A stretch of DNA of 64,000 bases from Patescibacteria group bacterium (lineage in GTDB: Bacteria > Patescibacteriota > Minisyncoccia > Phycocordibacterales > Phycocordibacteraceae): the NCBI GenBank assembly GCA_040388985.1, contig JAZKAU010000002.1, positions 311,642 through 375,641 on the forward strand. The letters run 5' to 3'. A program made the position numbers and the translations under genes. The notes under the pieces are model-generated. The model worked only from the letters and a program-made list of their open reading frames with translations, did not search any database and was not told the origin of the DNA. Positions 21,655 through 31,566 of the stretch are shown piece by piece. How positions within the stretch are numbered: the first letter of the stretch is position 1; each line of letters starts with the position of its first letter.

Positions 21655-22590
21655 ATGAAATCCACCCGAACCCTTACTGCCGTCACGCTTGCCGCAGGTA
21701 TCGCGCTTACGCCGTTCCTCGCCCTTGCTCACGATGCGAACCTGGATTCAGCATCGGCGGTCCAGGTCAAGTTTAACGAAGGTCAGAACAGCGACGATGC
21801 TTCAGTTCACGCTGACACGAATGTCTCCGCAGATGGACAAGGCCTTACCGGTCGTCCAACGCGCGATCACGCGAACCTCGTTCCGGAGGGTGTCATGATG
21901 AATAAAGATCACGGCAATGCTAAGGGAGATAAGGGCGCAGGTATGATGGAGCGCGGCGACACCGGCATTGATATGCGCATAGGTGCGCTTGAGAAGCTCT
22001 CTAGCCGCATCGAAGGCGCGAAGCGCGTCTCAGGCAGCATACGGAGCGAACTCTCCGGAGAGCTTTCCGCACAGATACAGGCGCTTACCAGCCTCAAGGC
22101 CAAGATAGGGAACGATGCCAGTACTTCAACGCTGCGTGCTGACGTGAAGGGTATCCGCCCTGAATTCCGCACGTACGCGCTCGTCCTTCCGCAGGCGGCG
22201 ATAACCGCAGCGAGCGATCGCGTGCTTAACATTAGCGCGCAGATGGATGCCTTCGGCGCAAAGCTCAATTCCCGCATCCAGGCTGCGACGACTGCCGGCA
22301 CTGACACGACTGCTGCAGTAAGCGCATACAACGACTACACCGCAAAGGTCGCTGACGCGAAAGTTCAGGCAAATGCAGCCGCAAGCCTCATTGCAGGACT
22401 GAAGCCTGATAACGGCGACAAAGCCGTCTTCGCCGCCAACAGTGCCGCTCTCAAGAGCGCGCACGACAAGCTGAAAGTAGCCGAGACTGACCTCAAGGCG
22501 GCTCGCGTCGACATCGGTACCATCCTCAAGACAGTGAAGGGAGCAAGCGCAGAAGCGCACGCTTCAACGACCGTGAAGACCCACTCATAA
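21655..22590 (+). CDS. Secreted Ala-rich helical/coiled-coil protein
   Basis: Signal peptide MKSTRTL...ALA followed by heptad-like helices. Confidence 0.75.
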   Translation: MKSTRTLTAVTLAAGIALTPFLALAHDANLDSASAVQVKFNEGQNSDDASVHADTNVSADGQGLTGRPTRDHANLVPEGVMMNKDHGNAKGDKGAGMMERGDTGIDMRIGALEKLSSRIEGAKRVSGSIRSELSGELSAQIQALTSLKAKIGNDASTSTLRADVKGIRPEFRTYALVLPQAAITAASDRVLNISAQMDAFGAKLNSRIQAATTAGTDTTAAVSAYNDYTAKVADAKVQANAAASLIAGLKPDNGDKAVFAANSAALKSAHDKLKVAETDLKAARVDIGTILKTVKGASAEAHASTTVKTHS

Positions 22591-22626
22591 TTTCCTCTCG
22601 GGAGCTTAGATAGGAGTAAGTATCAG

Positions 22627-22673
22627 ATATATAGAATCAGTCCCCGGCTACGCCGGGGACTGATTCTATATAT
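22627..22673. repeat. Perfect inverted repeat, 22-bp arms with 3-nt loop
   Basis: ATATATAGAATCAGTCCCCGGC-TAC-GCCGGGGACTGATTCTATATAT. Confidence 0.9.
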
Positions 22674-22742
22674 ACACCTTGCCTGATTTCCAGGCCCCAT
22701 ACAGCGGTATACTTAGGGAATAGCAGATAATCCGCAGTATCC

Positions 22743-23171
22743 ATGGAAGTCATAATCAATTATTGGGCCGTGCTTCTCGCAGCCATCGCCGCCTTCGTCC
22801 TCGGAGGCCTCTGGTTCGGACCGTTCTTCGGGAAGACCTGGATGAAGCTCGCCGGCATCCATATGCCGCACGAGATGACCAAGGCGATGAGAAGCAGCAT
22901 GATGCGCTCCTATGCCGTCGTCGCCATCTTCTCGCTCGTCATGGCAACCGTCCTCGCCCATCTCTTGTTCTATATGAACATCTTCACCGGCGTCTACGGC
23001 GTCGACACCGGCGTCACGACTGCCATTTGGTGCTGGCTCGGCTTCGTCGTCCCGGCGACTCTCGGCTCCGTCCTCTGGGAAGGCCGCTCATGGAAGTACT
23101 GGTTCATCGTCGCAGGCTACTGGCTCGTCGCGATGATCATTGCGGGCATTATCCTTGCCGCCTGGCGCTAA
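22743..23171 (+). CDS. DUF1761 family membrane protein
   Basis: INYWAVLLAA..GGLWFGPFFGKTW, WLGFVVP, WEGRSWK. Confidence 0.85.
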   Translation: MEVIINYWAVLLAAIAAFVLGGLWFGPFFGKTWMKLAGIHMPHEMTKAMRSSMMRSYAVVAIFSLVMATVLAHLLFYMNIFTGVYGVDTGVTTAIWCWLGFVVPATLGSVLWEGRSWKYWFIVAGYWLVAMIIAGIILAAWR

Positions 23172-23185
23172 GTATCTGAGAATTT

Positions 23186-23225
23186 ATAAAGAACAGAGCC
23201 GGGCATGCCCGGCTCTGTTCTTTAT
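23186..23225. terminator. Perfect 40-bp palindrome, terminator-like
   Basis: ATAAAGAACAGAGCCGGGCA|TGCCCGGCTCTGTTCTTTAT followed by T-rich sequence. Confidence 0.8.
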
Positions 23226-23271
23226 CTTTTATCCATATTTCCTCTATGTGTTTGTGCCATAGTAGGTCGTT

Positions 23272-23940
23272 ATGGATGCGCGCTCTCGTAAGATATCAGA
23301 AACAATGCGAGCTAAGAAGCTCGATAACCTCAAGGAGTGGCGAGACCGCATGAAGGCAGAAGGGAAGATCAAGTCATCCTACGAACCGTTCGAGAAGAAC
23401 GGAGATCTGGCAGAGTTAATCGGCGTAGTGCTTGGAGACGGTCATATTTATAAACACGTTCGGTGCGAATCCTTGCGCATCGTCGGAAGTGGGAATAACC
23501 CCGGCTTTGCGCAAAGATACGCATCTCTTGTCGAGAATATATTCGGTAAGAAGCCACATGTAGCTCTCAGAAGCGCAGAATATGCAATTAATATAACGAT
23601 TTACCAAAGAGAGATCGCCGCGCGTCTCGGTATACCTGCAGGCTCCCGCAAGAATCTTGTATACGAACTTCCGCCGTGGATTCAAGATGAGCCACAACAT
23701 ATCATCTATTTCTTGCGTGGGCTCTATGAAGCAGAAGGTTGCCTCGCGCACCATGAGGGCACCTATACGCATAAGTTCCAATTCTCCAACGTAAACAGAT
23801 CGCTTCTGGATATCGTCTTTAATGAGCTCCAGAAGCTTGGCTTCCATCCGCACCGATCACCTAAGCAAATACAGGTCTCGCGGAAGGAAGAGGTGCAAAA
23901 ATTAGCCAATTTGCTACAATTTCGAAACTACGGTCCGTAG
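23272..23940 (+). CDS. Free-standing LAGLIDADG (intein/WhiA-like, two-motif) endonuclease
   Basis: LAELIGVVLGDG and FLRGLYEAEG motifs; no intein splicing motifs or extein evident. Confidence 0.85.
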   Translation: MDARSRKISETMRAKKLDNLKEWRDRMKAEGKIKSSYEPFEKNGDLAELIGVVLGDGHIYKHVRCESLRIVGSGNNPGFAQRYASLVENIFGKKPHVALRSAEYAINITIYQREIAARLGIPAGSRKNLVYELPPWIQDEPQHIIYFLRGLYEAEGCLAHHEGTYTHKFQFSNVNRSLLDIVFNELQKLGFHPHRSPKQIQVSRKEEVQKLANLLQFRNYGP

Positions 23941-23944
23941 TATT

Positions 23945-24018
23945 TGCGGGATCATCTAATGGTAGGATCCATGCTTCTGGCGCATGTCATCTAGGTTCGA
24001 GTCCTAGTCCCGCAGCCA
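23945..24018 (+). tRNA. tRNA-Gln(CTG), island integration site
   Basis: TGCGGGA/TCCCGCA stem, loop TT-CTG-GC, CTAGG-TTCGAGT-CCTAG T-arm, encoded CCA. Confidence 0.95.
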
Positions 24019-24098
24019 ACTCGTGCTAGGTTATCGCGCTCGAGACGCGTCGATATGAGAATCACCAAAATGGTATAATTGGTGGAGTCAACTTTAAT

Positions 24099-25010
24099 AT
24101 GTCCGCTTCCCATAATCACAATAGTGTTTCCGCAGATTCAGCCTCAATAGGCAAAGCATTTGCGTGGGGAGTCAGTCTCAATACTGTTTTCATTATTGTA
24201 GAAATCAGCTTCGGTCTACTGGCGGGATCTGTAGCTCTGATTGCGGACGCTGCTCATAACTTTAGCGACGTGCTAGGTCTCCTACTTTCGTGGGGTGCAC
24301 TAGCACTTGCTCGGAGAATTCCGAATGGAAAATACACCTACGGATATCGTTCAGCAACCATATTATCTGTCCTTGCCTCAACCGCTTTTTTGTTCGTGGC
24401 AGTGGGCGGGATTGTGTGGTCAGCATTCGGTCGCTTTGCAGAGCCAGCTCCAGTCGAAAGCGGTATTGTCATGATTGTTGCCGCTGTAGGCATTCTTATA
24501 AACGGACTTTCTGCGTGGTTGCTTTCACGGGGGAATAAAGATCTAAACGTGAAAAGTGCTTTCATGCATTTGGCGGCTGATGCGGCGGTATCGGCGGGAG
24601 TTGTCGTAGCAGGTATCGCTATCTACTTCACGGGTTGGAATGTTCTCGACCCTATCGTTAGTATTTTGATTTCAGTAGTCGTTCTATGGGGAGGTTGGGG
24701 TGTTCTGCGTGACGCAGTAAAGCTTGCTCTTAATGCCGTTCCTGATTCTGTACAGCTTCCTGAAGTTCGCACCTATCTTGAAACGCTTCCCGGGGTATCT
24801 CGCATACACGACGTACATGTCTGGCCTATAAGCACCACCGAAATCGCGCTTACAGCGCACCTAGTGCTTCCGCAGGGAGGGTGCAATGATCGTTTCTTGC
24901 ATGAAGTTTGTCATACATTACGCGAGCGTTTTGGTATTGCTCACGCAACCCTACAGACTGAACAAGGAGAAGGGGAGGAATGCGACCTCGCGCCTGAGGA
25001 AGTCGTCTAA
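24099..25010 (+). CDS. Cation diffusion facilitator (CzcD/ZitB-like)
   Basis: ADAAHNFSD, HLAAD, HDVHVW, HATLQTE. Confidence 0.92.
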   Translation: MSASHNHNSVSADSASIGKAFAWGVSLNTVFIIVEISFGLLAGSVALIADAAHNFSDVLGLLLSWGALALARRIPNGKYTYGYRSATILSVLASTAFLFVAVGGIVWSAFGRFAEPAPVESGIVMIVAAVGILINGLSAWLLSRGNKDLNVKSAFMHLAADAAVSAGVVVAGIAIYFTGWNVLDPIVSILISVVVLWGGWGVLRDAVKLALNAVPDSVQLPEVRTYLETLPGVSRIHDVHVWPISTTEIALTAHLVLPQGGCNDRFLHEVCHTLRERFGIAHATLQTEQGEGEECDLAPEEVV

Positions 25011-25020
25011 TATTTAACCC

Positions 25021-25143
25021 ATGTCACCTAAAGCAATTATCTTTATTCTCTTAGCGCTAGTGGTAGCTTTCTTGATTTTTAAGACGGTAACTCATAAGCC
25101 AGGAGACATTTCGTTCCACATATGCACTAGTCAGATAGTGTAA
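25021..25143 (+). CDS. Possible 40-aa single-TM peptide
   Basis: Manual translation MSPKAIIFILLALVVAFLIFKTVTHKPGDISFHICTSQIV. Confidence 0.35.
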   Translation: MSPKAIIFILLALVVAFLIFKTVTHKPGDISFHICTSQIV

Positions 25144-25153
25144 AATAGGAGTC

Positions 25154-25516
25154 ATGCGTGCACCTAATCCTCTAATTACTTACGTATCGCTGGCTGCGTT
25201 TCTTTTTATAGTCATCGTTGGGCCGTGGCTGGTTTTCTCATCGCCGGTTGATATAGATCCCGGATGTCTTTTTACGCATGGTCAGGAATCGTTCTGTTCG
25301 ATGACTTCGCTCGAACATCTAGAGCAGTGGCAATCTGCGTTTATGTTCACGCTCGTGCAAATTCTCTCTTTCGCAGTATGTATCGCAGTTGTAAGTATCT
25401 TCTTCGCTATCATTCAGCGACTCAAACCAGATATCCCTTTCTTCTTTAAGCGATATCAACCCACGCTCTTTCAACAACTTTTCTCACAAGGAATATTGAA
25501 TTCAAAGGCTTACTAA
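25154..25516 (+). CDS. 2-TM protein with C-x9-C-x-M-x4-H motif (paralog of 30739-31107)
   Basis: GCLFTHGQESFCSMTSLEHLEQWQS; C-terminus LFSQGILNSKAY. Confidence 0.75.
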   Translation: MRAPNPLITYVSLAAFLFIVIVGPWLVFSSPVDIDPGCLFTHGQESFCSMTSLEHLEQWQSAFMFTLVQILSFAVCIAVVSIFFAIIQRLKPDIPFFFKRYQPTLFQQLFSQGILNSKAY

Positions 25517-25557
25517 AACGCACATGCGCGTGCTTTTATTCGTTTGTTTGAAATCGT

Positions 25558-25758
25558 ATGCAGAAAAAGTTTATTGTTGCGTTGATAGCAACTTTATTAG
25601 TCGTAGGCTTTATAGGGTATCTCTACATAGGAAGGTCTGCTCCGACAGAAGATGGTGAATCAGTAGCAGTACCTGTAAATGAAACTTTATTTCAGCAACC
25701 TATAGTTTCACCTACGAACGCAGAGCCAGATGACTCACAACATCCATCCAATCTCTAA
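25558..25758 (+). CDS. Small membrane-anchored protein
   Basis: N-terminal TM segment; operon position. Confidence 0.55.
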   Translation: MQKKFIVALIATLLVVGFIGYLYIGRSAPTEDGESVAVPVNETLFQQPIVSPTNAEPDDSQHPSNL

Positions 25759-25782
25759 ATTACCAACCTATACTTTAATCGT

Positions 25783-26340
25783 ATGTCCTTAGAATTATTC
25801 TCAACAATACTTACGATCGGCAGCATGGCCGTAAGTGCAGTACTGCTTCTGTCACTCGTTTTATTTCAGGTGTCAGGCAAGTTTAGAGAGCACGTATATG
25901 CTCATAGTTATTGGAGATTCTTAATAGCCATGGGTCTGCTATCAGTTGTTTCGATTGCAGGTGCTCTTATATATCAGCTTGTGTACCTAACGCCTGTATG
26001 CGAGTTGTGCTGGTGGCAACGAATATTCTTCTTCCCAATCAGTGTCATCTCGCTTGTTGCATTCTGGCGTAAATCTAAAGAGGCACACATTACTATCGCG
26101 ATTCTTGCCGCGCTAGGGCTTTTTTATGCGAGCTACCACTATTATTACCATTTCCAAGGTCTGGTACTCGGAAACAAACTTGCCCTCCCGTGTTCTTCTG
26201 GAGGCTTGCTTCCGGCCTGCACTGATTCGCCAATCTTAATATTTGGCTTCGTCACTATTCCGTTCATGGGAGTTCTCATGTTCTTGAGCATGCTCATACT
26301 CGCATATTTTGCGCACAAAGTCCTAAAACGTACTTCTTAA
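25783..26340 (+). CDS. Disulfide bond formation protein, DsbB/BdbC family
   Basis: CELCWWQRI, second Cys pair, FGFVTIPFM. Confidence 0.9.
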   Translation: MSLELFSTILTIGSMAVSAVLLLSLVLFQVSGKFREHVYAHSYWRFLIAMGLLSVVSIAGALIYQLVYLTPVCELCWWQRIFFFPISVISLVAFWRKSKEAHITIAILAALGLFYASYHYYYHFQGLVLGNKLALPCSSGGLLPACTDSPILIFGFVTIPFMGVLMFLSMLILAYFAHKVLKRTS

Positions 26341-26364
26341 ATAGATTGATATACTAAAATTACT

Positions 26365-27003
26365 ATGAAAAATAGAACTATTTGGATCGGCGGAATCCTC
26401 ATTCTTTCCCTTGGAGCCCTTCTATTCCTTTCGACGCTCATACGTCCCGCTAGCCAGCCACCAGTAGGTAATTCAACACTTACGGCGCTTTCTTCAGACG
26501 ATTATATTCGTGGCGCTACTTCAAGCCCGGTAACACTAATCGAATATTTTGATTTTGAATGCGAAGCCTGCGGAGCATATTATCCGCTCGTAAAGCAATT
26601 GGAGAGCGAGTTGGGTGACCGCGTAACTTTTGTCGCGCGCTACTATCCGCTCCCGAACCATAAGAACGGGCTGCAGGCAGCGCTTGCCGCAGAAGCCGCA
26701 GGAAGACAAGGCAAGTTTTGGGAAATGCACGACCTACTCTTCACGCGCCAGAAAGAGTGGGGCGAGAAGCAGGTAGAGACTCCTGAAGTCTTTGCCCAAT
26801 ACGCACAGGAGATCGGGCTGGATGTAGAGCGTTTCAAGACGGATGTGACTTCAGCGGAGGTACGAGCACGCGTGCAGCGAGACCTAGATTCAGGCCGTGC
26901 GCTGGGTGTACAGGGTACGCCATCCTTCTTCTTGAATGGAGAGAAGATCCAGAACCCTCAGTCCTATGAAGCATTCAAGACGCTGCTTGAAAATAAGTTC
27001 TAA
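26365..27003 (+). CDS. DsbA family oxidoreductase
   Basis: DFECEAC, QGKFWEMHD, GTPSFFLNG. Confidence 0.9.
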   Translation: MKNRTIWIGGILILSLGALLFLSTLIRPASQPPVGNSTLTALSSDDYIRGATSSPVTLIEYFDFECEACGAYYPLVKQLESELGDRVTFVARYYPLPNHKNGLQAALAAEAAGRQGKFWEMHDLLFTRQKEWGEKQVETPEVFAQYAQEIGLDVERFKTDVTSAEVRARVQRDLDSGRALGVQGTPSFFLNGEKIQNPQSYEAFKTLLENKF

Positions 27004-27006
27004 AAT

Positions 27007-28908
27007 ATGTCTTCTTCCTGCGACAACTGCGAAGTAAAGCCGGTAACGGGTCCTGATTGGAGGAAAATCGGTACCGGATATTCAGGCATTGCTACCATGC
27101 TCGGATTCTTACTCTCATACACCAGTCTTTTCCCTCAAGTACAAATGCCCCTTTTCCTCTCTGCAATAGCAGTAGGAGGCATATTCGTAGTTCGGGGTGC
27201 ACTACGGGGACTTACGCGTCAACGATTTCTTAATATTGATTTCCTCGTCGTTATCGCTACCATCGGTGCGCTGTACCTTGGTGAATTCGGGGAAGCGGCA
27301 GCCATTGTATTTTTCTTCTCGCTAGCGGAAGCATTTGAGGAATATGGAATAGCACGCTCTCGAAAAGCCCTTGAGGCACTCGTGGAAAAAAGTCCAAAGT
27401 TTGCAACACTCTCAGACGGAAGCGAGATGGCGGTTGAAAACATTACCGTTGGAACCGTGATCGCGGTTAAGCCCGGGAAGCTGATACCGCTTGATGGAGA
27501 AGTCGTCAAAGGTCAGTCGGCAGTGAATGAGGCTTCAATCACCGGAGAACCGCTACCAAAGGAAAAGACCGAGGGCGACACGGTGTACGCGGGAACGTTG
27601 AACGAAAATGGATACCTTGAAATTCGTGTGACCAAGGAAAGCAAGAATTCTACAATTGCAAAGATTGTAGGACTGGTAGAAGAGGCGCAGAAGTCAAAAA
27701 CAGGAGCAGAGGAATTCATTGATCGCTTTGCAAAATACTACACACCCGGCATCGCGTTCCTCGCGCTCGCCGTGTTTGCCGTCCCCGTACTTTTCCTTGG
27801 TGGCCAGGCTGCGCTATGGCTTGAACGGGCGATAACACTCCTTGTGATCGCATGCCCATGCGCTCTGGTAATTGCTACACCCGTTACGGTTACAGCAGCT
27901 CTCGGCGGCGCATCGCGCAGAGGAGTGCTTATCCGTGGCGGCCGTTTCCTTGAGATGCTTGGAAAGATCCGCGCCATTTCGTTTGATAAGACCGGCACAC
28001 TCACACAAGGAGAACCTCGTGTCGCCGCAGTCATTGCGTTTAATGGGTTTACAGAGCAGCAGGTTCTTGAAGACGCAGCAGGCATTGAGACGTACTCCTC
28101 GCACCCTCTTTCAAAAGCAATCCTCGCATATGCTACTGAGCGCGGGGTAACACCGCATACGATGGAAAAGTACGAGAACGTGAAAGGGAAGGGCGGACAG
28201 GCGGTATGTCTGGTCTGTGATGATACGGAGCATCTTATAGGGAACCTGAAAATGCTCGACACACACAATATAGATACGTCGAGTATTGTAGAAAAAACAA
28301 AAGAGTATGAAGAACAGGGAATGACCATCGTTCTAGTAACGGAGGGTCATACCCCTATGGGGGCACTCGCTATAACAGATACTATCCGCAGTGAATCTTC
28401 CGCCGTGATAGAGCGTCTGCGTGCAATGAAGGTAACCCCAGTTATGCTTACGGGTGACCATCAGCAGGGCGCGGACTATGTTGCCGTACAGGTAGGTATT
28501 ACCGAAGCAAGAGGCGATCTTCTTCCTGAAGACAAAGTGCGCGAGATGCAATCACTTAAAGCGAAGTATGATTCTGTTGCAATGGTCGGAGATGGGGTAA
28601 ACGATGCGCCCTCGCTCGCCATTGCAGACGTTGGTATTGCTATGGGAGCCCGAGGCTCTGATGTTGCAATCGAGACCGCAGATATTGCTCTTATGAATGA
28701 TTCTCTCTCAACGGTTCCTGACATGGTGCGTCTTGGTAGGCGCACACTCTCAACCGTTAAGGTGAATGTATTTCTCGCAATCGCGTCAAAACTCGCGTTC
28801 ATTATCCTTACTATCTTTGGCATATCCAGTCTTGGAATTGCGATAGCCGCAGATACAGGCATTGCAATTCTTGTCACTTTAAATGGCTTACGGTTATTCA
28901 GAGTTTAA
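27007..28908 (+). CDS. P1B-type heavy-metal ATPase (ZntA/CadA-like)
   Basis: TGEP, CPCAL, DKTGTLT, SHP, MVGDGVNDAP. Confidence 0.95.
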   Translation: MSSSCDNCEVKPVTGPDWRKIGTGYSGIATMLGFLLSYTSLFPQVQMPLFLSAIAVGGIFVVRGALRGLTRQRFLNIDFLVVIATIGALYLGEFGEAAAIVFFFSLAEAFEEYGIARSRKALEALVEKSPKFATLSDGSEMAVENITVGTVIAVKPGKLIPLDGEVVKGQSAVNEASITGEPLPKEKTEGDTVYAGTLNENGYLEIRVTKESKNSTIAKIVGLVEEAQKSKTGAEEFIDRFAKYYTPGIAFLALAVFAVPVLFLGGQAALWLERAITLLVIACPCALVIATPVTVTAALGGASRRGVLIRGGRFLEMLGKIRAISFDKTGTLTQGEPRVAAVIAFNGFTEQQVLEDAAGIETYSSHPLSKAILAYATERGVTPHTMEKYENVKGKGGQAVCLVCDDTEHLIGNLKMLDTHNIDTSSIVEKTKEYEEQGMTIVLVTEGHTPMGALAITDTIRSESSAVIERLRAMKVTPVMLTGDHQQGADYVAVQVGITEARGDLLPEDKVREMQSLKAKYDSVAMVGDGVNDAPSLAIADVGIAMGARGSDVAIETADIALMNDSLSTVPDMVRLGRRTLSTVKVNVFLAIASKLAFIILTIFGISSLGIAIAADTGIAILVTLNGLRLFRV

Positions 28909-29067
28909 GCGGTTACTTAAGCCATACTTTAGTCCACACTTCTTCATAAAAGCATCATTGACCACGATTTTACCCTCGTTATACTAGTAGGACTGGTTAG
29001 ATACGGATGTACTCAAGAAAGCCTATTACAGGCTTTTTGTATTATGAAGAAACGCTGAATTTCCTTT

Positions 29068-30165
29068 TTGTTTCCTATTTTACCTTCAAAGTTTTTCTCC
29101 CGTTCTACACGTGCGTCGAACAGGGATACATATAAGCGGTTTGGTTTAGTAGCTGCGATTCCCGCTCTACTTCTTTTTGTCCATATCATCGCACCTAATG
29201 CGATAGACGGTTTCTTTCCGTTCCCTCACAGCGCACATGCGCAGAGCGATAGTATCGGCGGCATCATTCATGACCCAAGCATAGGTTTGCTTAAAGGCGT
29301 TCGTGACTCAAGTGTTACTGACGACAATGAGATGGAAGTCTCAGGAGGAATGGCGCTCATGTCTCATTCTGATCTTTCAGAAGGAAGTGAGGGAGGCGTA
29401 AGCACGCAATCAGCGAAGCCGAAGAAATCAGGCATTTCTCTCTACACTGTCAAAGAAGGAGATTCGCTTTCAGAAATAGCTGAAGAGCATGGAGTTTCAA
29501 GTAATACTATTCTCTGGGCAAACGACATTCGTGATGCAAGTACCATCCGTACTGGAGACGAACTTATTATCCTTCCTGTCTCAGGCGTACAGCATAAGGT
29601 AGCTTCTGGCGAGACTCTACAGACTATAGCGAAGAAGTATGGATCGGATGCATCTGACATCGCACTCTATAACGGCATTGATGAATCAAGTGGTCTTAAG
29701 CAGGGAGCAGAGATAGTGGTTCCCGGCGGAGCGTTCCCTTCAGCTACGAAGAAAGTCGCAAGTACGGCAAACACAAAGAAAGCTGCGGTATCAACAGCAA
29801 AGTCGAGTAGCTCGTCTACTGGCGGGAAGTTTGGGAACCCGCTCCCAGGCAGAGCGATCACACAGGCGAATCACGGATATAATGCAGTAGATATAGATGG
29901 CGAAACAGGAGACCCGATTTACGCTTCGGCTGGCGGTAAGGTCATTATTGCTAAGGGTGGAGGAGGCTACAACGGTGGCTACGGAAATTACATCGTAATT
30001 GAGCATGGGGGAGGAGTTCAGACACTTTACGCTCACATGTCGAGCCTTGCGGTGTCAGGTGGCACGGTTGAAAAGGGTGAGATTATCGGGTATGTAGGTA
30101 GTACCGGAAAATCAACGGGTTCGCATCTGCACTTTGAAGTTCGCGGAGCAACTAATCCGCTTTAA
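29068..30165 (+). CDS. LysM x2 plus M23 peptidase
   Basis: YTVKEGDSLSEIA and HKVASGETLQTIA LysM domains; H..AVDI, YAH and HLHFEVR; start codon uncertain. Confidence 0.9.
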   Translation: MFPILPSKFFSRSTRASNRDTYKRFGLVAAIPALLLFVHIIAPNAIDGFFPFPHSAHAQSDSIGGIIHDPSIGLLKGVRDSSVTDDNEMEVSGGMALMSHSDLSEGSEGGVSTQSAKPKKSGISLYTVKEGDSLSEIAEEHGVSSNTILWANDIRDASTIRTGDELIILPVSGVQHKVASGETLQTIAKKYGSDASDIALYNGIDESSGLKQGAEIVVPGGAFPSATKKVASTANTKKAAVSTAKSSSSSTGGKFGNPLPGRAITQANHGYNAVDIDGETGDPIYASAGGKVIIAKGGGGYNGGYGNYIVIEHGGGVQTLYAHMSSLAVSGGTVEKGEIIGYVGSTGKSTGSHLHFEVRGATNPL

Positions 30166-30204
30166 GCGAGATTCTCTTGTCTTCCATAGCAGGATAGTAG
30201 TTTC

Positions 30205-30657
30205 CTAGAGCCTCTTGAGAATGCTACTCATCTGATCAATCTCCAGTTGCTGGCTCGCAATGATGTTCTGACAAAGCTGCTTTATCTCTGGATCAGTGAT
30301 TTTCGCTTGCTCACACATCAGTATGGCTCCTGAGTGGTGAGGAATCATAGATTGAAGGAATCCCTTGTCTCCCACAAAAGTCTGATATCGAATCGCAAGA
30401 AATGAAAGTACGAGAACAACGAACCCGATACCAATTATGATCTTGTTCAATTTCTTGTCTTTGTACATCATGCCCATGAGGAGCATCTCAAGAATGAGCA
30501 TAGGCGCAGTCATCATGATTCCCATATAGAGGAAATTGATATTTGGAACCGCGTTCGCAAATACATTTACCATTGCAAACATGAGGACGAACATGGCGAC
30601 TACATGGAGTCCGACCATAAGAGCTAGTTTGCTATAGGAGGCATCTTTCATATTCAT
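30205..30657 (-). CDS. DUF305 domain membrane protein
   Basis: FLQSMIPHHSGAILM..IIASQQLEIDQM. Confidence 0.85.
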   Translation of the reverse strand: MNMKDASYSKLALMVGLHVVAMFVLMFAMVNVFANAVPNINFLYMGIMMTAPMLILEMLLMGMMYKDKKLNKIIIGIGFVVLVLSFLAIRYQTFVGDKGFLQSMIPHHSGAILMCEQAKITDPEIKQLCQNIIASQQLEIDQMSSILKRL

Positions 30658-30738
30658 AGAAATATTAGCTTATGCGAACTGATAATACGTATAGATATTG
30701 TACCTTTTATCCCTTCTTAATAGGTATAGAATAGAGGT

Positions 30739-31107
30739 ATGACTGCGCAGATAAAGAAACTCCTATCGTGGTCAGCGCTGGCTTTGATAGTAGTGGTTCC
30801 TCTCCTGATGCTTTTCACCATGGCGATGCCCATGGATCATAGTACGGGTGGCTGTCCCTTTATGAAGGGTGAGACTTCAATCTGCCCGATGTCGGTTTTG
30901 GATCACATAACGAGCTGGCAGAGCACATTTACCATTACTCTCGTCGAGATACTCACGTTTGCCCTGCCAATCTTCGCGCTCGCATTGATTTGGCTCATTC
31001 TTCCAAAACCTGAACATCCACCGGGGTACCGAAGACGTTCCTATCCAGTACCGCCTTTACTACAAGAACTCTTCTCAAGCGGTCTCCTCAATCCGAGAGT
31101 TCCATAG
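30739..31107 (+). CDS. 2-TM protein with C-x9-C-x-M-x4-H motif (paralog of 25154-25516)
   Basis: GCPFMKGETSICPMSVLDHITSWQS; C-terminus LFSSGLLNPRVP. Confidence 0.75.
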   Translation: MTAQIKKLLSWSALALIVVVPLLMLFTMAMPMDHSTGGCPFMKGETSICPMSVLDHITSWQSTFTITLVEILTFALPIFALALIWLILPKPEHPPGYRRRSYPVPPLLQELFSSGLLNPRVP

Positions 31108-31146
31108 AAACCCTTTAGTTATCTTTATTTCACTTAACTAAACTCT

Positions 31147-31548
31147 ATGGAAAAGAATGTAATTATTATAGGACTCGTTGCTCTTATTATTGGCGCTGGA
31201 GGGGGTTATGCACTTGCTATGAACAAGGCCCCGGAACCTACAGCAACTACCGGAGGTCATATGATGTCTAACGGTCAGATGATGGGAGGCTCTATGTCAG
31301 GGAATAGTATGCAGGGTGAGATGGACTCGATGATGGCTGGGCTTCAAGGAAAGACTGGAGACGCGTTCGACCAGGCCTTTTTGAGCGAGATGATCATGCA
31401 CCACCAAGGAGCCGTACAAATGGCTGAAGCAGCCCTTCAGAACGCAAAGCATCAGGAGATAAAGGATCTTGCAAAGAACATCATCTCTGCACAGAACACC
31501 GAGATCAAAGAGATGCAAGACTGGCAAAAGTCTTGGTACGGGAACTAA
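31147..31548 (+). CDS. DUF305 (CopM-like) Met/His-rich protein
   Basis: Met-rich linker, FDQAFLSEMIMHHQGAVQMA. Confidence 0.88.
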   Translation: MEKNVIIIGLVALIIGAGGGYALAMNKAPEPTATTGGHMMSNGQMMGGSMSGNSMQGEMDSMMAGLQGKTGDAFDQAFLSEMIMHHQGAVQMAEAALQNAKHQEIKDLAKNIISAQNTEIKEMQDWQKSWYGN

Positions 31549-31566
31549 GTGGAGACTGTATGCGTT

